Source: a virus. From it: a DNA stretch of 64,000 nucleotides. The translations under genes were made by a program, and so were the position numbers. Positions 9,186 to 20,858 of the stretch are shown here, piece after piece. The notes under the pieces were generated by a model. It did not search any database, was not told where the DNA came from, and saw nothing but the letters and a program-made list of their open reading frames with translations. The stretch lies in the IMG/VR virus record IMGVR_UViG_3300024274_000264. One strand, 5' to 3'. Every line of letters begins with the position of its first letter. The first letter of the stretch is position 1.

Positions 9186-10771
9186 ACAATATAAATGTCT
9201 CTAGATTAACTGTAGGCGGTGTTGGTGAAGCGGGGCGTTCTTTACTTGGACAGGTTCGTAATGGAAATCCTCCAACAATTTTTAGAGCAGTTGTACAAGA
9301 AATATTTGTAAATCCTAAGCTTTTAACAACACAAGAAAAAACGGCAATAAAAGCTAGTGTCTCCAATCAACAATTTTTAGATTTAATGCCTCCAATGTCT
9401 ATTATGGCAAGAATTGTTAACAATGGACAAGATATGGTGGATTCAACTTCTGTTATTGTATATCCATTTTTTTCAAGTCATATCCAACTTCCGTTACAGG
9501 CTGGGGAGACTGTTTTTATTATCTATGAAGACTATGGATATCTTGGTAGTAGTTTAGGGAGATGGATTTCTCGGCCTCATGAAAATATAGCAGTTGAAGA
9601 CTTAAACTTCACGCATTCAGATCGTTCTTTTGATATGAAAAACACAAAAGAAGGATACGAACAGTTAAAAAGAGAGACAGGAACAGCAAATTTAGATATT
9701 CAGCCAAATTTCACAAATGGAGCAGGACTTCCAGGAAGGTATACTTTACAACCTAGAAATCAAAATGAAAATCCTTTTAAAACAATAAGAGACTCTTCTT
9801 ACGCCGCCAAACTTCAGACATATGAAGTAGTTCCACGATTTTTTAAAAATCCAAAAGATTTAACAATACAGGGTTCCAACAATACTTTAATTTTGTTAAC
9901 AGATGATTTCTCGAAAAAAAATGAAAACGTAACAAATGGTAATTTTACAAATGTGGATTACTCTGGTGTTATTTCTTTGGTTGTAGGGCGCGGAAGAAAA
10001 TTCTTAACAGATAGTCAAAATAGTTTAGATGATACTTCTAAAACATCTGCTTATTCTGTTAAAAATAAGTTTAATAAATTCGAAATAGATAAAGTTGAAT
10101 TTCAAAGAAATCGTGAAACTAATCTAAATGAAGGAAAATTAGATTTTAAACGAGATGCAACTCATCTTTATTTGTCAATGAATTCAAAAGCGGATATATA
10201 TTTCAAATTAGATTCTGCTGTGGATGGAGGAATTCGATTTCCAACAAATGTTCTAAAATTAGAGCAACCACCAGTTGTCTCGAACTATTATGGAAATGCT
10301 TACATTGTACAAAAAAGTGATCACCTTAGATTTGTTGCCAGAAAAAATATAAACCCAAACATTAATGGGACTATAATGATAATAAAAGAAGGAGAAATGG
10401 ATAATGATCTTTCTTATGCTTATTTCAATGAAGAAGGTAAAATTCAAATCGAAGGAAAAAGAATTTACCTTGGTAAAGCAATACAGGAAAATGAACCATA
10501 TATTAAATGGAGCATATACAAAAAACATATTGATGAATTGAAAGCTCAAATAAATGTTTTGGCAGATCATTTAAATGCTTTGGCAATAGCTTATGAAGCG
10601 GCATTTAAATCTAGTTTTGCAATTCCGTTTGTTCCTATAGCCTCATTAAATGCACTGACCGCAACACCTGTTGGCGCGGCAGCAACGCAGGCCAAAATAA
10701 CAGAGCTGAAAACGAAAATTGAAACAATTAAACCAGACGATGCAAAATCAACAAAAATTTTTGGAGAATAA
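9182..10771 (+). CDS. Baseplate hub/central spike protein (gp5/gpV-like N-terminal OB domain)
   Basis: YPFFSSHIQLPLQAGETVFIIY, DLTIQGSNNTLILL, short beta repeats and IQIEGKRIYLG. Lies just upstream of gp25. Confidence 0.65.
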   Translation: MNNINVSRLTVGGVGEAGRSLLGQVRNGNPPTIFRAVVQEIFVNPKLLTTQEKTAIKASVSNQQFLDLMPPMSIMARIVNNGQDMVDSTSVIVYPFFSSHIQLPLQAGETVFIIYEDYGYLGSSLGRWISRPHENIAVEDLNFTHSDRSFDMKNTKEGYEQLKRETGTANLDIQPNFTNGAGLPGRYTLQPRNQNENPFKTIRDSSYAAKLQTYEVVPRFFKNPKDLTIQGSNNTLILLTDDFSKKNENVTNGNFTNVDYSGVISLVVGRGRKFLTDSQNSLDDTSKTSAYSVKNKFNKFEIDKVEFQRNRETNLNEGKLDFKRDATHLYLSMNSKADIYFKLDSAVDGGIRFPTNVLKLEQPPVVSNYYGNAYIVQKSDHLRFVARKNINPNINGTIMIIKEGEMDNDLSYAYFNEEGKIQIEGKRIYLGKAIQENEPYIKWSIYKKHIDELKAQINVLADHLNALAIAYEAAFKSSFAIPFVPIASLNALTATPVGAAATQAKITELKTKIETIKPDDAKSTKIFGE

Positions 10772-10773
10772 AC

Positions 10774-11019
10774 ATGAATAAAATTGAATTACAGGCAAAA
10801 ATAGCGGAAATTTTAACAAACTCACCTGCCGACTCACAACAAGCAGCGAATTCAATGCGACAACAAATCGCTAGTGAACTAGCATCGGCAATTGATAAAT
10901 ATGTCCAGGCTCAAATTGGTGAAAGATTAGCATTAATAACTACATCTATTACTTGTCCAACGCCTGCTGGTGTTCCAACTCCTTCTGCAACGTTTGCTCA
11001 ATTTATCAGAGTGGCATAA
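10774..11019 (+). CDS. Small baseplate-region protein
   Basis: 81 aa with IASELASAIDKYV, between the spike and gp25 genes. Confidence 0.7.
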   Translation: MNKIELQAKIAEILTNSPADSQQAANSMRQQIASELASAIDKYVQAQIGERLALITTSITCPTPAGVPTPSATFAQFIRVA

Positions 11020-11028
11020 TTATTATTT

Positions 11029-11496
11029 ATGTTAAGTTTCGAAAATGTTGGATATAAAATTTATGATACGAAAAATTTAACCAGTCCCACGGTTTCAGAA
11101 ACACCTATCGGAATATTAACTCCGCTATCAATTAGTGACGAAGAGGAAACCTTTTTTAAGACGACTACGGATATTAAAGAAGTTGTTAAAGATAATTTAA
11201 AAAATCTTTTATTAACAAATCATGGCGAAAGACTTGGACGCTATTTCTTCGGAGCAAACTTAAAAGAATTGGTTTTAGATTACACATCTGTCGATGATTT
11301 TGATAAAGAGGCAAGGTCGAGAATTAAAACTTCTGTTAGGGATTATATGCCATATGTTGAACTTAGCGGTTACAGCGCAAAAGCTTACAGAGATGCGTAT
11401 GATTCAGTTACAAGAGTAGATGTTTTGATTAATTTTTCTGTTCCGAAATTGGATATTAATAATGCTTTTATAAAAATTGAGTTATTTGTAACCTAA
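11029..11496 (+). CDS. gp25: Baseplate wedge subunit, gp25-like
   Basis: VKDNLKNLLLTNHGERL..YFFGANL...YMPYV is the gp25/GPW signature. Confidence 0.92.
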   Translation: MLSFENVGYKIYDTKNLTSPTVSETPIGILTPLSISDEEETFFKTTTDIKEVVKDNLKNLLLTNHGERLGRYFFGANLKELVLDYTSVDDFDKEARSRIKTSVRDYMPYVELSGYSAKAYRDAYDSVTRVDVLINFSVPKLDINNAFIKIELFVT

Positions 11497-11510
11497 TATT
11501 TAAAACTGTT

Positions 11511-13361
11511 ATGTCATCTGATCTTTCAAAAAAAGAAGTTTTAAAACAAGTAATTGCGCGATCTTATCTTAATAAAGATTTTCAGTCGTTTAGAAATGAA
11601 ATGGAAAAACATATCAGGACTTATTATTCTGATAAAATAAAAGATCTTTCGGTCGGTAGTTTTATGGGAATGTTTTTGGATACGGTGGCAATGGTTGGGG
11701 ATACACAATCTTTTTATCTTGATCATCAATTTCACGAATTATCGCCAGAAACAGCTGTTGAGCCTAGAAATATTGAAAGACATTTAAGAGATAACAGGGT
11801 TCCTATGACTGGTGCGACCCCTTCTGTTGTAGAAGTTACTTTCGAAGTGGAAATACCATCGGTGAGAACAGATAGCGGATATATTGTGGACGACACATGT
11901 TTACCAACAATAGACGAAGGAACTGTTTTGTCTAGTAAACAGGGAATTATTTTTAATCTAACTAAAAAAATAGATTTTGCAAAAAAAGATAAGAATGATC
12001 AATATAAAGCAAGCATTGAAGTCTCGCAAAGAGACAGCGAAAATAATCCAACTTATTTTTTAATGAAACTTTCAGAAGTCTGTATTTCTGGTCAAACTGC
12101 CATAGAATCATTTACGTTTAATGGATTTGAACAATTTAAAACTTATCCACTTTCGTATGAAAATGTTACTGAAATAATTAGTGTTATAGATAATTTTGGA
12201 AATCAATATTACGAAGTAGAAAACTTAGCAAACGATACTGTATTCGTAAAACAAGAAAATTTAGCAAGTGATAGCGATGAATCAGAAAGTTCTTTATTTT
12301 TAAAAGCAGCACCATACAGATTTGTCAAACAGAATAGTTTATCTTCTGGGTTGACTACTTTGCGTTTTGGTGGTGGAAGTGCATTATCAACAGATAATGA
12401 TTTAATTCCAGAGCCGTCTAAATTTGCTCTTCCTTTATATGGAAAACAAACATTTAATAGGATTACGTTAAATCCTAATAATTTATTATCTACAAATACA
12501 TTAGGAACTATTGTACCAGACAGTACAATAACAATAACTTATCGTTATGGCGGCGGACTTAGACATAATATAAATTCAAATTCAATCTCAAACAATGTTG
12601 ATACACTTTATTTAAATTTTCCAAATAGCCCAACAGTTGAAAATGCAAACTATGTAAAAAACTCGTTAAAGGTTTATAACGATAAAGATGCTTCTGGTGG
12701 GCTCGACGCACTCACAATTGATCAATTAAAGTCATATATTCCTGCTTTTGCCGCAGCACAATCTAGAATTGTTGAGACTCGGGATTTGATTGCAAGAATC
12801 TACACAATGCCATCTTCTTTTGGAAGAGTTTTTAGAGTTGGAGTAAAACCAAATCCCTGGAATAACAATTCTTCTTTATTGTATGTCGTTTCAAAGGCCG
12901 CGGACAATACTTTAACTATTTCAAATGATACGTTAAAGCAAAACTTAAGCAAATATATAAATGAATTTAGAATTATCCCAGATTCTTTTGATATTTTAGA
13001 TGCCCAAATCATTAATTTTAAAATTGAATATCAAATTCACGTTGCTAAAAATCAAAATAAACAAATTGTGATTCAAAACATTAGTAAAAAAATAGAAAAA
13101 TATTTTAATATTGATAATTTTCAAATTGATCAACCCATAAACATATCCGAAATAACAAACATTATTTATAACAATGTGGGTGTTTTATCTTTGGAATATG
13201 TTAAATTTACAAACCTTACAGGTACGGTTGGTCAAAAAACATATAGCGATGTTACATACAATTTTGATTCAAACACAAAAAGAAATATAATATTTCCTCC
13301 AAGTGGTGGAATTTTTGAATTGAAATATAAATCAAATGATATTTTAGGATCGGTAATATAA
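11511..13361 (+). CDS. gp6: Baseplate wedge subunit, gp6-like (baseplate J family)
   Basis: YLNKDFQSFR, FYLDHQFHE, LRFGGG, ITYRYGGG, ASGG.D, AQSRIVETRD. Follows gp25. Confidence 0.9.
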   Translation: MSSDLSKKEVLKQVIARSYLNKDFQSFRNEMEKHIRTYYSDKIKDLSVGSFMGMFLDTVAMVGDTQSFYLDHQFHELSPETAVEPRNIERHLRDNRVPMTGATPSVVEVTFEVEIPSVRTDSGYIVDDTCLPTIDEGTVLSSKQGIIFNLTKKIDFAKKDKNDQYKASIEVSQRDSENNPTYFLMKLSEVCISGQTAIESFTFNGFEQFKTYPLSYENVTEIISVIDNFGNQYYEVENLANDTVFVKQENLASDSDESESSLFLKAAPYRFVKQNSLSSGLTTLRFGGGSALSTDNDLIPEPSKFALPLYGKQTFNRITLNPNNLLSTNTLGTIVPDSTITITYRYGGGLRHNINSNSISNNVDTLYLNFPNSPTVENANYVKNSLKVYNDKDASGGLDALTIDQLKSYIPAFAAAQSRIVETRDLIARIYTMPSSFGRVFRVGVKPNPWNNNSSLLYVVSKAADNTLTISNDTLKQNLSKYINEFRIIPDSFDILDAQIINFKIEYQIHVAKNQNKQIVIQNISKKIEKYFNIDNFQIDQPINISEITNIIYNNVGVLSLEYVKFTNLTGTVGQKTYSDVTYNFDSNTKRNIIFPPSGGIFELKYKSNDILGSVI

Positions 13362-14939
13362 ATGTATAAAATTATAAAAGCTTCAAAAGATGCGTATATT
13401 CAGAATAAATGGATAAATAATGAGCGACAAACAACTTCAAACACTGGTCTCGCATCTTCTATAGATTTATATTATTTGTATAACGAGACACAAATCTCAG
13501 GGTTAACTGGTTCTGCTCTTAGTCAAAGTTTAAAAGAAATGAGTCGAGGTTTAATTTATTTTGATCTTTCAAGATTACAAAGTTTAACCAGTTCATTTCT
13601 GGATTATACAGATCCTTCATTTAAAACTTATTTGTCACTAAAAAATGTTTATGGAGGACAACCGACGCCTTCCAATTTTTCTATAGTTGTAAATCCGCTA
13701 GCAAAAGAATTCTCTGAAGGCACTGGATTTGATGTTATCGAATATAGAGATTTAGATTCTGTAAACTGGTTAACTGCTAGTAAAAATGGTTCAAGTTTTG
13801 TTACGTGGTCTGTTAGCGGCGCAAACGCTAGTGGCTCTATTTCGGATTCAAATATTGATTATTATACAAACTATAGAGCTGAATCAATATTTGAATCAGG
13901 ACAAGAAGATTTATATCTCGACATAACTCCATTTGTTTCCGCTGTGTTTTCTAACCAAATCTCAAATAATGGATTAAGATTAGCATTTTCTTCTTCTATA
14001 GAAGAGGGCACTGAAACTTATTTTGTTAAGCGTTTCGGTTCAAGACATATTAATAAAGAAAAATTACAGCCTAAATTAATCTGCTTATTTGATGATACTG
14101 TATTTGAAAACAATTCGGAGCTATACTTTAACTTCGATAATAAAATTGGAATTAAAAACAAAAAATTTGAATCATATTCAAATTTCAGTTCTAGTTCGAT
14201 TGAATTGACAGGCTCTAATTGTCTTGTACTTACATTATTGGCTTCAAGATCTATTTCATATTCTACAACTTCATTTAGCACATCACATTCTAAAAGTATA
14301 TCATATAACACAAGGTCTATAATTTATTATAGCCAATCATTTTCAGGCTCGCAATTAAGGATTGGAAACATCAACAAAACAGGAAATTATTACTCTGTTG
14401 TTAATGTAGATTATAATCAGTCTGAACTTATAAACTTTCATTCAAACAGTTTAGATGAAATTTATTTTAATCAAACCTGGCATTCGTTAGATAATCAAGT
14501 CGTGTATAGTCGCGGACCAATGTTGAAATTTAAAAAATATTCAGCTTTTGCGGGTGGCTCAATTGATAATGCACTTATAATTTCTATTCAAAATTTTAAA
14601 CAAGAATATCGAGCTGACCAAAATGTTAGATTTGATATTTTGTTAACAGATAATCCAAGTTCAACAACAAAATTTTCTAGATTTGAAACAACACAAAAAC
14701 TTTTAAGCAAAGAAGTTTATTATAGAATAATAGATGCCTACACAAGAGAAGAAATAATTCCATTCACTACGGAAAGTTCTGGTACGAAATTATCATATGA
14801 CAATAATGGTCTTTTTTTCGCAATAGATATGAATAACTTTATCAAAAATAAAGTTTACGAATTTGAATTCATGAAATATTCAAATTCGGAAAATTCAACA
14901 CATTTCAAAAATCTAGGATATCGATTTAAAGTTATTTAA
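13362..14939 (+). CDS. Virion structural protein (baseplate region)
   Basis: KDAYI...SRGLIYFDL...NNGLRL...QPKL beta-sandwich pattern, Ser-rich, TAA-ATG junction with gp6. Confidence 0.7.
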   Translation: MYKIIKASKDAYIQNKWINNERQTTSNTGLASSIDLYYLYNETQISGLTGSALSQSLKEMSRGLIYFDLSRLQSLTSSFLDYTDPSFKTYLSLKNVYGGQPTPSNFSIVVNPLAKEFSEGTGFDVIEYRDLDSVNWLTASKNGSSFVTWSVSGANASGSISDSNIDYYTNYRAESIFESGQEDLYLDITPFVSAVFSNQISNNGLRLAFSSSIEEGTETYFVKRFGSRHINKEKLQPKLICLFDDTVFENNSELYFNFDNKIGIKNKKFESYSNFSSSSIELTGSNCLVLTLLASRSISYSTTSFSTSHSKSISYNTRSIIYYSQSFSGSQLRIGNINKTGNYYSVVNVDYNQSELINFHSNSLDEIYFNQTWHSLDNQVVYSRGPMLKFKKYSAFAGGSIDNALIISIQNFKQEYRADQNVRFDILLTDNPSSTTKFSRFETTQKLLSKEVYYRIIDAYTREEIIPFTTESSGTKLSYDNNGLFFAIDMNNFIKNKVYEFEFMKYSNSENSTHFKNLGYRFKVI

Positions 14940-14971
14940 AAGTAATAGAAAGAAATATCTATTATTGTAAT

Positions 14972-17900
14972 ATGACGAAAAACAATGCAGATATTTTGGT
15001 TACTTTAAAACCAAACTTTTTCGATACCAAAATTTATAACGAGAATAGTAATTCAGAAATAGCATATCAGCAGTTTTTACTCGACGAAGATTTTTCTGCA
15101 ACATTAACATCGTCATTTAGATATGATCCATTTGGATCTGGTATTCGGTCAACGCAACAATTAAACGTCGATTGGAGTGATTTTTCTCAACACATTTTTT
15201 TCAATTCTGCCCGCGTTAAAACAAACGAAGCGTTTAAAACAATTATTAATAAGTTTCCATTTGATGGAACAAAAAAAGAATATGAAGAGTTTGTTGATAC
15301 ATTATCTGGATACCAGAAATATGTATTAGATTCTTTTCCTACTAGTCTAGGATATTTTTATTCTTTCGGTGATGGTTTTATATCCGCAAAAGATTATGCT
15401 GGCGTTAGTGACCCAGAGATGAGTAGAAATAAGTCTGGATTATCTGTTGTTAACCCAACTGGCTCCGCAGATTTTTCTATTGAGCAGTGGTTGTTTTTTC
15501 CAACAGGATCAAATGAAAATCAAATTATTTTACAAAAACAAAGTGGTTCACATGGATTTAGTTTATGGCTAAGTTCTAGTACAGCTGCTCTTAGTTGTTC
15601 TATTGGGTTTACGGTTAATTCGGGATCATATTCATTAAGTTTATCCAATTCAATAAACAAAGGTTCTTGGAATCACATTTGTTATGTTTGGGATAGAAAC
15701 GACGGTGAAAATAAAATCTTTGCTTATTTAAACGGTCTGAAAGAGCCTATAGAAAGTCAACAAATAGAAATAAATGATTTAAACATCGATAATGCTAATA
15801 TAACAATATTTTCTGGGTCTTCCTTTTTAATAAATGCCACGAATTTTATTCCAACAACTGTTGTGACTGGTGGAATTGATGAATTGAGAATTTGGCATAA
15901 AAAAATTGATGATAAATTTATTCTAAACAATAACAAGAAAAATATTTTTCAATCATCTGATTTGAAATTGTATTATAAATTTAACGAACCCGAGGGCACA
16001 TCTAAAAATATTATATTAGACTATAGTTCAAACAACCTATTTGGAAGTTTTTCAACAAGAAGTTTTTCAACAAGTTCAATTGGTATCTCTCCTCTTGTAT
16101 ATGAACAGCAAAATCTAAATCCTGTTTTGTTTTCGAATATAAGTTCAGTTACTTCTCTTAGAGAAACCTTGCTAGTATCCGCTTCAATTTATGATAACGA
16201 AAATCCATCACTTATTACAAATCTTATACCAAACCATTATTTTTTAGAAGGACAAAATCAAACAGATTCGGGAACAGAAGATGGAGACATTGTTTCATCT
16301 ATTTCTGGTTCTTTACCAAAAACGGTCGAACTCGGCTCAACTCAAACCATAAATAGTTTACTATATGCGACAGCTGATTTTTTTGATGAAATACAGCTTT
16401 TTATTAAAGAGTTTGGAAACTTGATACACATCGAATATGAAGATACAAGTATAATTTCAGATTATTTCTTAAATTTTTTGGCAAATAAATATGGAGTGAA
16501 GTTACCAGATTTTTTTTCGAATTCAAATACATCTCAATTCATTTATGGAGAAAATATTGATTCAGAAAATTCTTCAATCTCAAGTGCTTCCCTTAAAGAA
16601 ATACAAAATAAAATTTGGAAAAGAATTCTTGTTAATGCAAAAGATATTTTAAATTCAAAAGGTACAAGACATTCAATTAATTTGTTTTTACGTTCAATCG
16701 GAATTGAACCGTATTCTTTTTTCAAAATAAAAGAATACGGTGGACCAACTCAGAAAAGATTAAATTCATCATACGAAACAAAACAAGAGCAATTTAACTT
16801 TATTTCTTTTAATTCTTCTTCTCATGTGACTTCTTCGTGTTTGTCTTCTTCTAGAGTTGAGCCAGGATATCCATATGTTGCAGGAAATGCGGCAGATGGA
16901 TATTTAACATCTGGCAGCTGGACTTTTGAAGGTTTGTATATGTTAACCAGCAGCGTTTCCTTGTCTCAATCTTTGGTTAGGCTTTCGACTTACAATACTG
17001 CTTCTTCTCAAGAGGCACCACTGTTTAATTTAACAACAAATGGCGATTCTTTAGTGTTGTATGGATTACCAAATTCTAGTTTTAGCTCTGGCGACTTATT
17101 AACAATTTCTTTAACAGGTTCTTTTAATTTATTTAATGGAGAACCTTGGTATATTTCTTTCGGAAGAAAACGTGCCGATTCTATTTTAAACAATTCTTCT
17201 CTTTCTTCTTCTTATTTTATACGCTTAGGTAAGCAATTACAGGGCGAAATTGTTGAATATTATTCAAAATCAGTGTATTACGACGACGCAAAAGGAAACC
17301 CAGACAAAAACTTACTTTCAAATTTGCCAAGCGCAACCCCATATACTTCTGGTGGTTTATTTTTAAGTTTTGGTTCTGCAGCACTAGATAATGTTTCATC
17401 AATCAAAAACTATTTTGACGGCAAAATATCTCAAGTCAAGTTTTGGTCAAAAGATATAACAGAATCAGAGACTAAAGAACATATTAGAAATCCAAAATCT
17501 TTTGGAGTTGAGAACCCATTAATAAATAATCAGTTCGAACAGACTCAATCTGGTTCTTTTGAAAAAATTCGAGTTATTGTTGATATGGACCAAATTGTTT
17601 CATATTCTAATTCGGCTGGCGATATCACTTTGATGGATTTTAGTCAGAACAATCTAAATTTTTATGGTGGAGGTTTTGAAGAAAACACTTTGGTCTTCGA
17701 GAACCGAAATATAAGATATGGTTCTATGGGCACTTCATTCGATGAGGCAACAACTGATAATAAAGTTAGAGTAAGAAGTTTAACAGAGTTAACAAATATA
17801 TCTAACCAGTATACAAAACAAGCACCAGTTCATGAACTTGAAATTGAAGAACAGCCAACAGATACTTCAAAATTAAGTATTGATTTTAGCCCAATAGAAA

Positions 17901-18289
17901 TATTAAATGGGGATATGATAAATTCATTCGGAAATTATGAAATTTTAAATGATATTTTAGGAGACCCGAGCAGTTTATACACAACAGAATATCCAGAACT
18001 AGAAAAACTTAGAAATTTATATTTTAACCGTTTAACATCTCCTGTTAATCTAAAAGCATATTTTGAATTTTATAAATGGTTTAATGCAACACTAGCAGAG
18101 TTTATAAAAACTTTGTTGGCAAAAAATGTGAATTTTAAAGGAATTAATTATATTATTCAACCACATATTTTAGAAAGATCTAAAGTACAGTATTTTACTT
18201 ATAGCCAATATTTGGACAGAACAAATATTGCCTCTAACGCCTCTCAACTTTTATTACAATCTATAAACGGGACAATTAAGAAATACTAA
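14972..18289 (+). CDS. Large baseplate wedge protein (gp7-like) with LamG/ConA-like domains
   Basis: FSIEQW, GSWNHICYVW, GGIDELRIW, LYYKFNE (LamG). ILNSKGTRHSI and IIQPHILERSK resemble gp7/tail-I-type motifs. Confidence 0.75.
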   Translation: MTKNNADILVTLKPNFFDTKIYNENSNSEIAYQQFLLDEDFSATLTSSFRYDPFGSGIRSTQQLNVDWSDFSQHIFFNSARVKTNEAFKTIINKFPFDGTKKEYEEFVDTLSGYQKYVLDSFPTSLGYFYSFGDGFISAKDYAGVSDPEMSRNKSGLSVVNPTGSADFSIEQWLFFPTGSNENQIILQKQSGSHGFSLWLSSSTAALSCSIGFTVNSGSYSLSLSNSINKGSWNHICYVWDRNDGENKIFAYLNGLKEPIESQQIEINDLNIDNANITIFSGSSFLINATNFIPTTVVTGGIDELRIWHKKIDDKFILNNNKKNIFQSSDLKLYYKFNEPEGTSKNIILDYSSNNLFGSFSTRSFSTSSIGISPLVYEQQNLNPVLFSNISSVTSLRETLLVSASIYDNENPSLITNLIPNHYFLEGQNQTDSGTEDGDIVSSISGSLPKTVELGSTQTINSLLYATADFFDEIQLFIKEFGNLIHIEYEDTSIISDYFLNFLANKYGVKLPDFFSNSNTSQFIYGENIDSENSSISSASLKEIQNKIWKRILVNAKDILNSKGTRHSINLFLRSIGIEPYSFFKIKEYGGPTQKRLNSSYETKQEQFNFISFNSSSHVTSSCLSSSRVEPGYPYVAGNAADGYLTSGSWTFEGLYMLTSSVSLSQSLVRLSTYNTASSQEAPLFNLTTNGDSLVLYGLPNSSFSSGDLLTISLTGSFNLFNGEPWYISFGRKRADSILNNSSLSSSYFIRLGKQLQGEIVEYYSKSVYYDDAKGNPDKNLLSNLPSATPYTSGGLFLSFGSAALDNVSSIKNYFDGKISQVKFWSKDITESETKEHIRNPKSFGVENPLINNQFEQTQSGSFEKIRVIVDMDQIVSYSNSAGDITLMDFSQNNLNFYGGGFEENTLVFENRNIRYGSMGTSFDEATTDNKVRVRSLTELTNISNQYTKQAPVHELEIEEQPTDTSKLSIDFSPIEILNGDMINSFGNYEILNDILGDPSSLYTTEYPELEKLRNLYFNRLTSPVNLKAYFEFYKWFNATLAEFIKTLLAKNVNFKGINYIIQPHILERSKVQYFTYSQYLDRTNIASNASQLLLQSINGTIKKY

Positions 18290-18290
18290 A

Positions 18291-19166
18291 ATGACAGTTA
18301 ATTTTTTACCTACCAACACATATCCAGCATTTGATGAATTTACAGCTTTTGATGGAAATAAAATAAATTTAAGCATATCTAAAGTTCAATCTCAATTGTC
18401 AAGTTCTAATTCATTAAGACAAGGAATAGAACTAAGAACGATAGATGATATTTATACGACTTCGCAACCGAAATTTTGGGCAGGCAAAATATTAAAAAAT
18501 GGAACGTTAGAACATGGATTTGCGGAAGAAAAACTTTTAGGAATTGGACAACCTTTATCATTTACCTCAACAAAAGCAGATCCATCATATACAGAAAAAG
18601 AAATAAAATTTGATCCTGTTGCTTTTATTTCAAACAGAGATAGTTATCCATTTCCAATTCAATTAAATCAGGGATTACCAAATCAAAAATCAAATATAAT
18701 TGAACCACTAACAATTCCTTTTAGATTAAACAATTTAGAATTTAATTATTTCGCAAAAGGAATACATGGTTCGGTAGATTGTGGCCCAAAAGAAGGTTTA
18801 AACAAAGGAAATCAAGTGATATCGCAATTTAAAAAAATAGATACTTCTGGTGATATCCTGCTGCCATTTTTAGATTCAGGACAAGAAACAATGGGAGGAA
18901 TAGTAATACAAGGTTACAGCAATAATGAAGTTGGGCGCGAAAGTGGTTTTGTTGAACGACAAAATAATAATGATATTTTTGAATTCGCTTCAGTTTCGGT
19001 AAACTTTAAAAACGTTTTACAAGATTTAGATTATTCAAGAGATGAAGACATAAGAAAATGTTTTAATATAAAATCAATGCCTGCTGGCGGAGATATATAT
19101 TCTTCTTATCGTAACATTGCTGGTACCGATAGCATAGCATACACAAATAGAATTAAAGGATATTAA
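18291..19166 (+). CDS. Putative virion structural protein
   Basis: 291-aa ORF tightly coupled inside the baseplate operon, ending GTDSIAY. Confidence 0.7.
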   Translation: MTVNFLPTNTYPAFDEFTAFDGNKINLSISKVQSQLSSSNSLRQGIELRTIDDIYTTSQPKFWAGKILKNGTLEHGFAEEKLLGIGQPLSFTSTKADPSYTEKEIKFDPVAFISNRDSYPFPIQLNQGLPNQKSNIIEPLTIPFRLNNLEFNYFAKGIHGSVDCGPKEGLNKGNQVISQFKKIDTSGDILLPFLDSGQETMGGIVIQGYSNNEVGRESGFVERQNNNDIFEFASVSVNFKNVLQDLDYSRDEDIRKCFNIKSMPAGGDIYSSYRNIAGTDSIAYTNRIKGY

Positions 19167-20858
19167 ATGGCAAGAACAAGAAAATTATCTAGAATAAGAG
19201 GCTTGAATCAATACGAACTTAAAAATTTAAAAGAGGCCGCGCCATTTTATAAATCCAGTACGTTTGATGATTCAAAAACAATAATATATTTTGATTCCGC
19301 ATCAGTTAATTATCCAACTACTCTTCCACTTTCTGCCAAGAATATTACGAGCGAATTAACAACATCGATAACTATTCCTGGTCGCTCTATTTTTGGAGCA
19401 GAAACACAATTGTGGTATACACAGAGCACAGATTCTATAAGACCATTTGTAGATACTTTAAACATACCATTTTCTGGTAGTTATTATCTAACAGGAAGTG
19501 ATCTTCCAGGTTTTAAACAACCCTTAAGAGATAAAACAAAAATTGAAGTTCTTTTACCTTTGGCTAATACATCTACTTTAAAATCAAATTTAGTTGATGA
19601 TTCTCCTTTTGGTTATTACAATTTCGCGAATCAAAGTTTTAATTCAGTCGGAATTGGAAGTAATGCTTTAGATCTTTTTAGTGGTTCGCTAACAATTAAT
19701 GATTATTTTACTAATAAAGCTATAGGATTTGGACCAAGTATTAGAGATATCACAAGCGCAGAAAATAAATATAATAGTACAAATGTTTATACGAACTTAG
19801 GATTACCCATTTCTGAGTTTGGATTTCCAAGTTCAAACACTTACGCGGCAAACTCTAGTTCTTATCTTGAATTAAAAAACTATATTTCAAAACCTTTTTT
19901 ATTAGAAAAAGTTGAGGTGGAAATTGGAAGTATGCAATTGTCCATACCAGACAATCTAATTTTAGATTCAACAAGTGTAGCAGTTTCAACATTTTTTATT
20001 TTAAATCAAAGAGTATCTGAATCTTTTGTAAGAACAGGAACTTATAATTATTTTCAATTTTTTGATGTGGTTTCAGATTTTCCAAGCATTCCAAACACAT
20101 CTTATACAAATTCATCCTTGCCTTATTTTAAAACAGGAAATCAAATTATTGATTTGGTCTCTTTTGGGAGAATTGCTACTGTTGCAAAAAATACGGCGAC
20201 GAAAGCTCTAGTTAGTGAAAGTGTCGAATATTATATATCGAATCAATCACTTTCTCCAACAAAAGAAATATCTTATACTGTTACAGGCAGTAAATTAAAT
20301 CTTTTAACAAATCAATCTTCTAAAAACGTAAATCCAATTTATTCGATGTTTTTTATGGATAATGTTGCAGGCACAAATCGTGTCTTTTCTCAAAAGTTAA
20401 CTACACTAAATGGAACACGTTCTGGCGTGGAAGATTATTCTTCCAGAAATTATATCAAACAACTTGTTGGAGGAAATTCCATTCTTACGTCTTTTATTAG
20501 AAATGCCTATGGACCGAATGAAGAAATGCCAGTAGTGTACAATACGAATCCAGTAGAAAATGCACCTTATATATTGTTTCCAGAAGATAAATTAATTTTT
20601 GGATTTCAAGTTCCTATTTTTGATAGAATCAATCTAGTTTCGGATACTGATCTTATAGCAAATTCTGTAAACTTTTGGAAAGAAGGTGAAAACGCTAGTC
20701 CTGGCGTTTCCGTTGTATTATCTAAAAACATTAAAGTAATTCTTTACGGTTCGTATATAAAAATGAATGAATACTCTGACTACGAAGAATATCACGAATA
20801 TGAGTCCAGAACTCAATTAAACACAAATGCAACAATTAATATTGGAGAAAAACAATAA
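19167..20858 (+). CDS. Putative virion structural protein
   Basis: 563 aa, Ser/Thr-rich. LKNYISKPFLLEKV and PYILFPEDKLIFG. TAA-ATG junction. Confidence 0.7.
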   Translation: MARTRKLSRIRGLNQYELKNLKEAAPFYKSSTFDDSKTIIYFDSASVNYPTTLPLSAKNITSELTTSITIPGRSIFGAETQLWYTQSTDSIRPFVDTLNIPFSGSYYLTGSDLPGFKQPLRDKTKIEVLLPLANTSTLKSNLVDDSPFGYYNFANQSFNSVGIGSNALDLFSGSLTINDYFTNKAIGFGPSIRDITSAENKYNSTNVYTNLGLPISEFGFPSSNTYAANSSSYLELKNYISKPFLLEKVEVEIGSMQLSIPDNLILDSTSVAVSTFFILNQRVSESFVRTGTYNYFQFFDVVSDFPSIPNTSYTNSSLPYFKTGNQIIDLVSFGRIATVAKNTATKALVSESVEYYISNQSLSPTKEISYTVTGSKLNLLTNQSSKNVNPIYSMFFMDNVAGTNRVFSQKLTTLNGTRSGVEDYSSRNYIKQLVGGNSILTSFIRNAYGPNEEMPVVYNTNPVENAPYILFPEDKLIFGFQVPIFDRINLVSDTDLIANSVNFWKEGENASPGVSVVLSKNIKVILYGSYIKMNEYSDYEEYHEYESRTQLNTNATINIGEKQ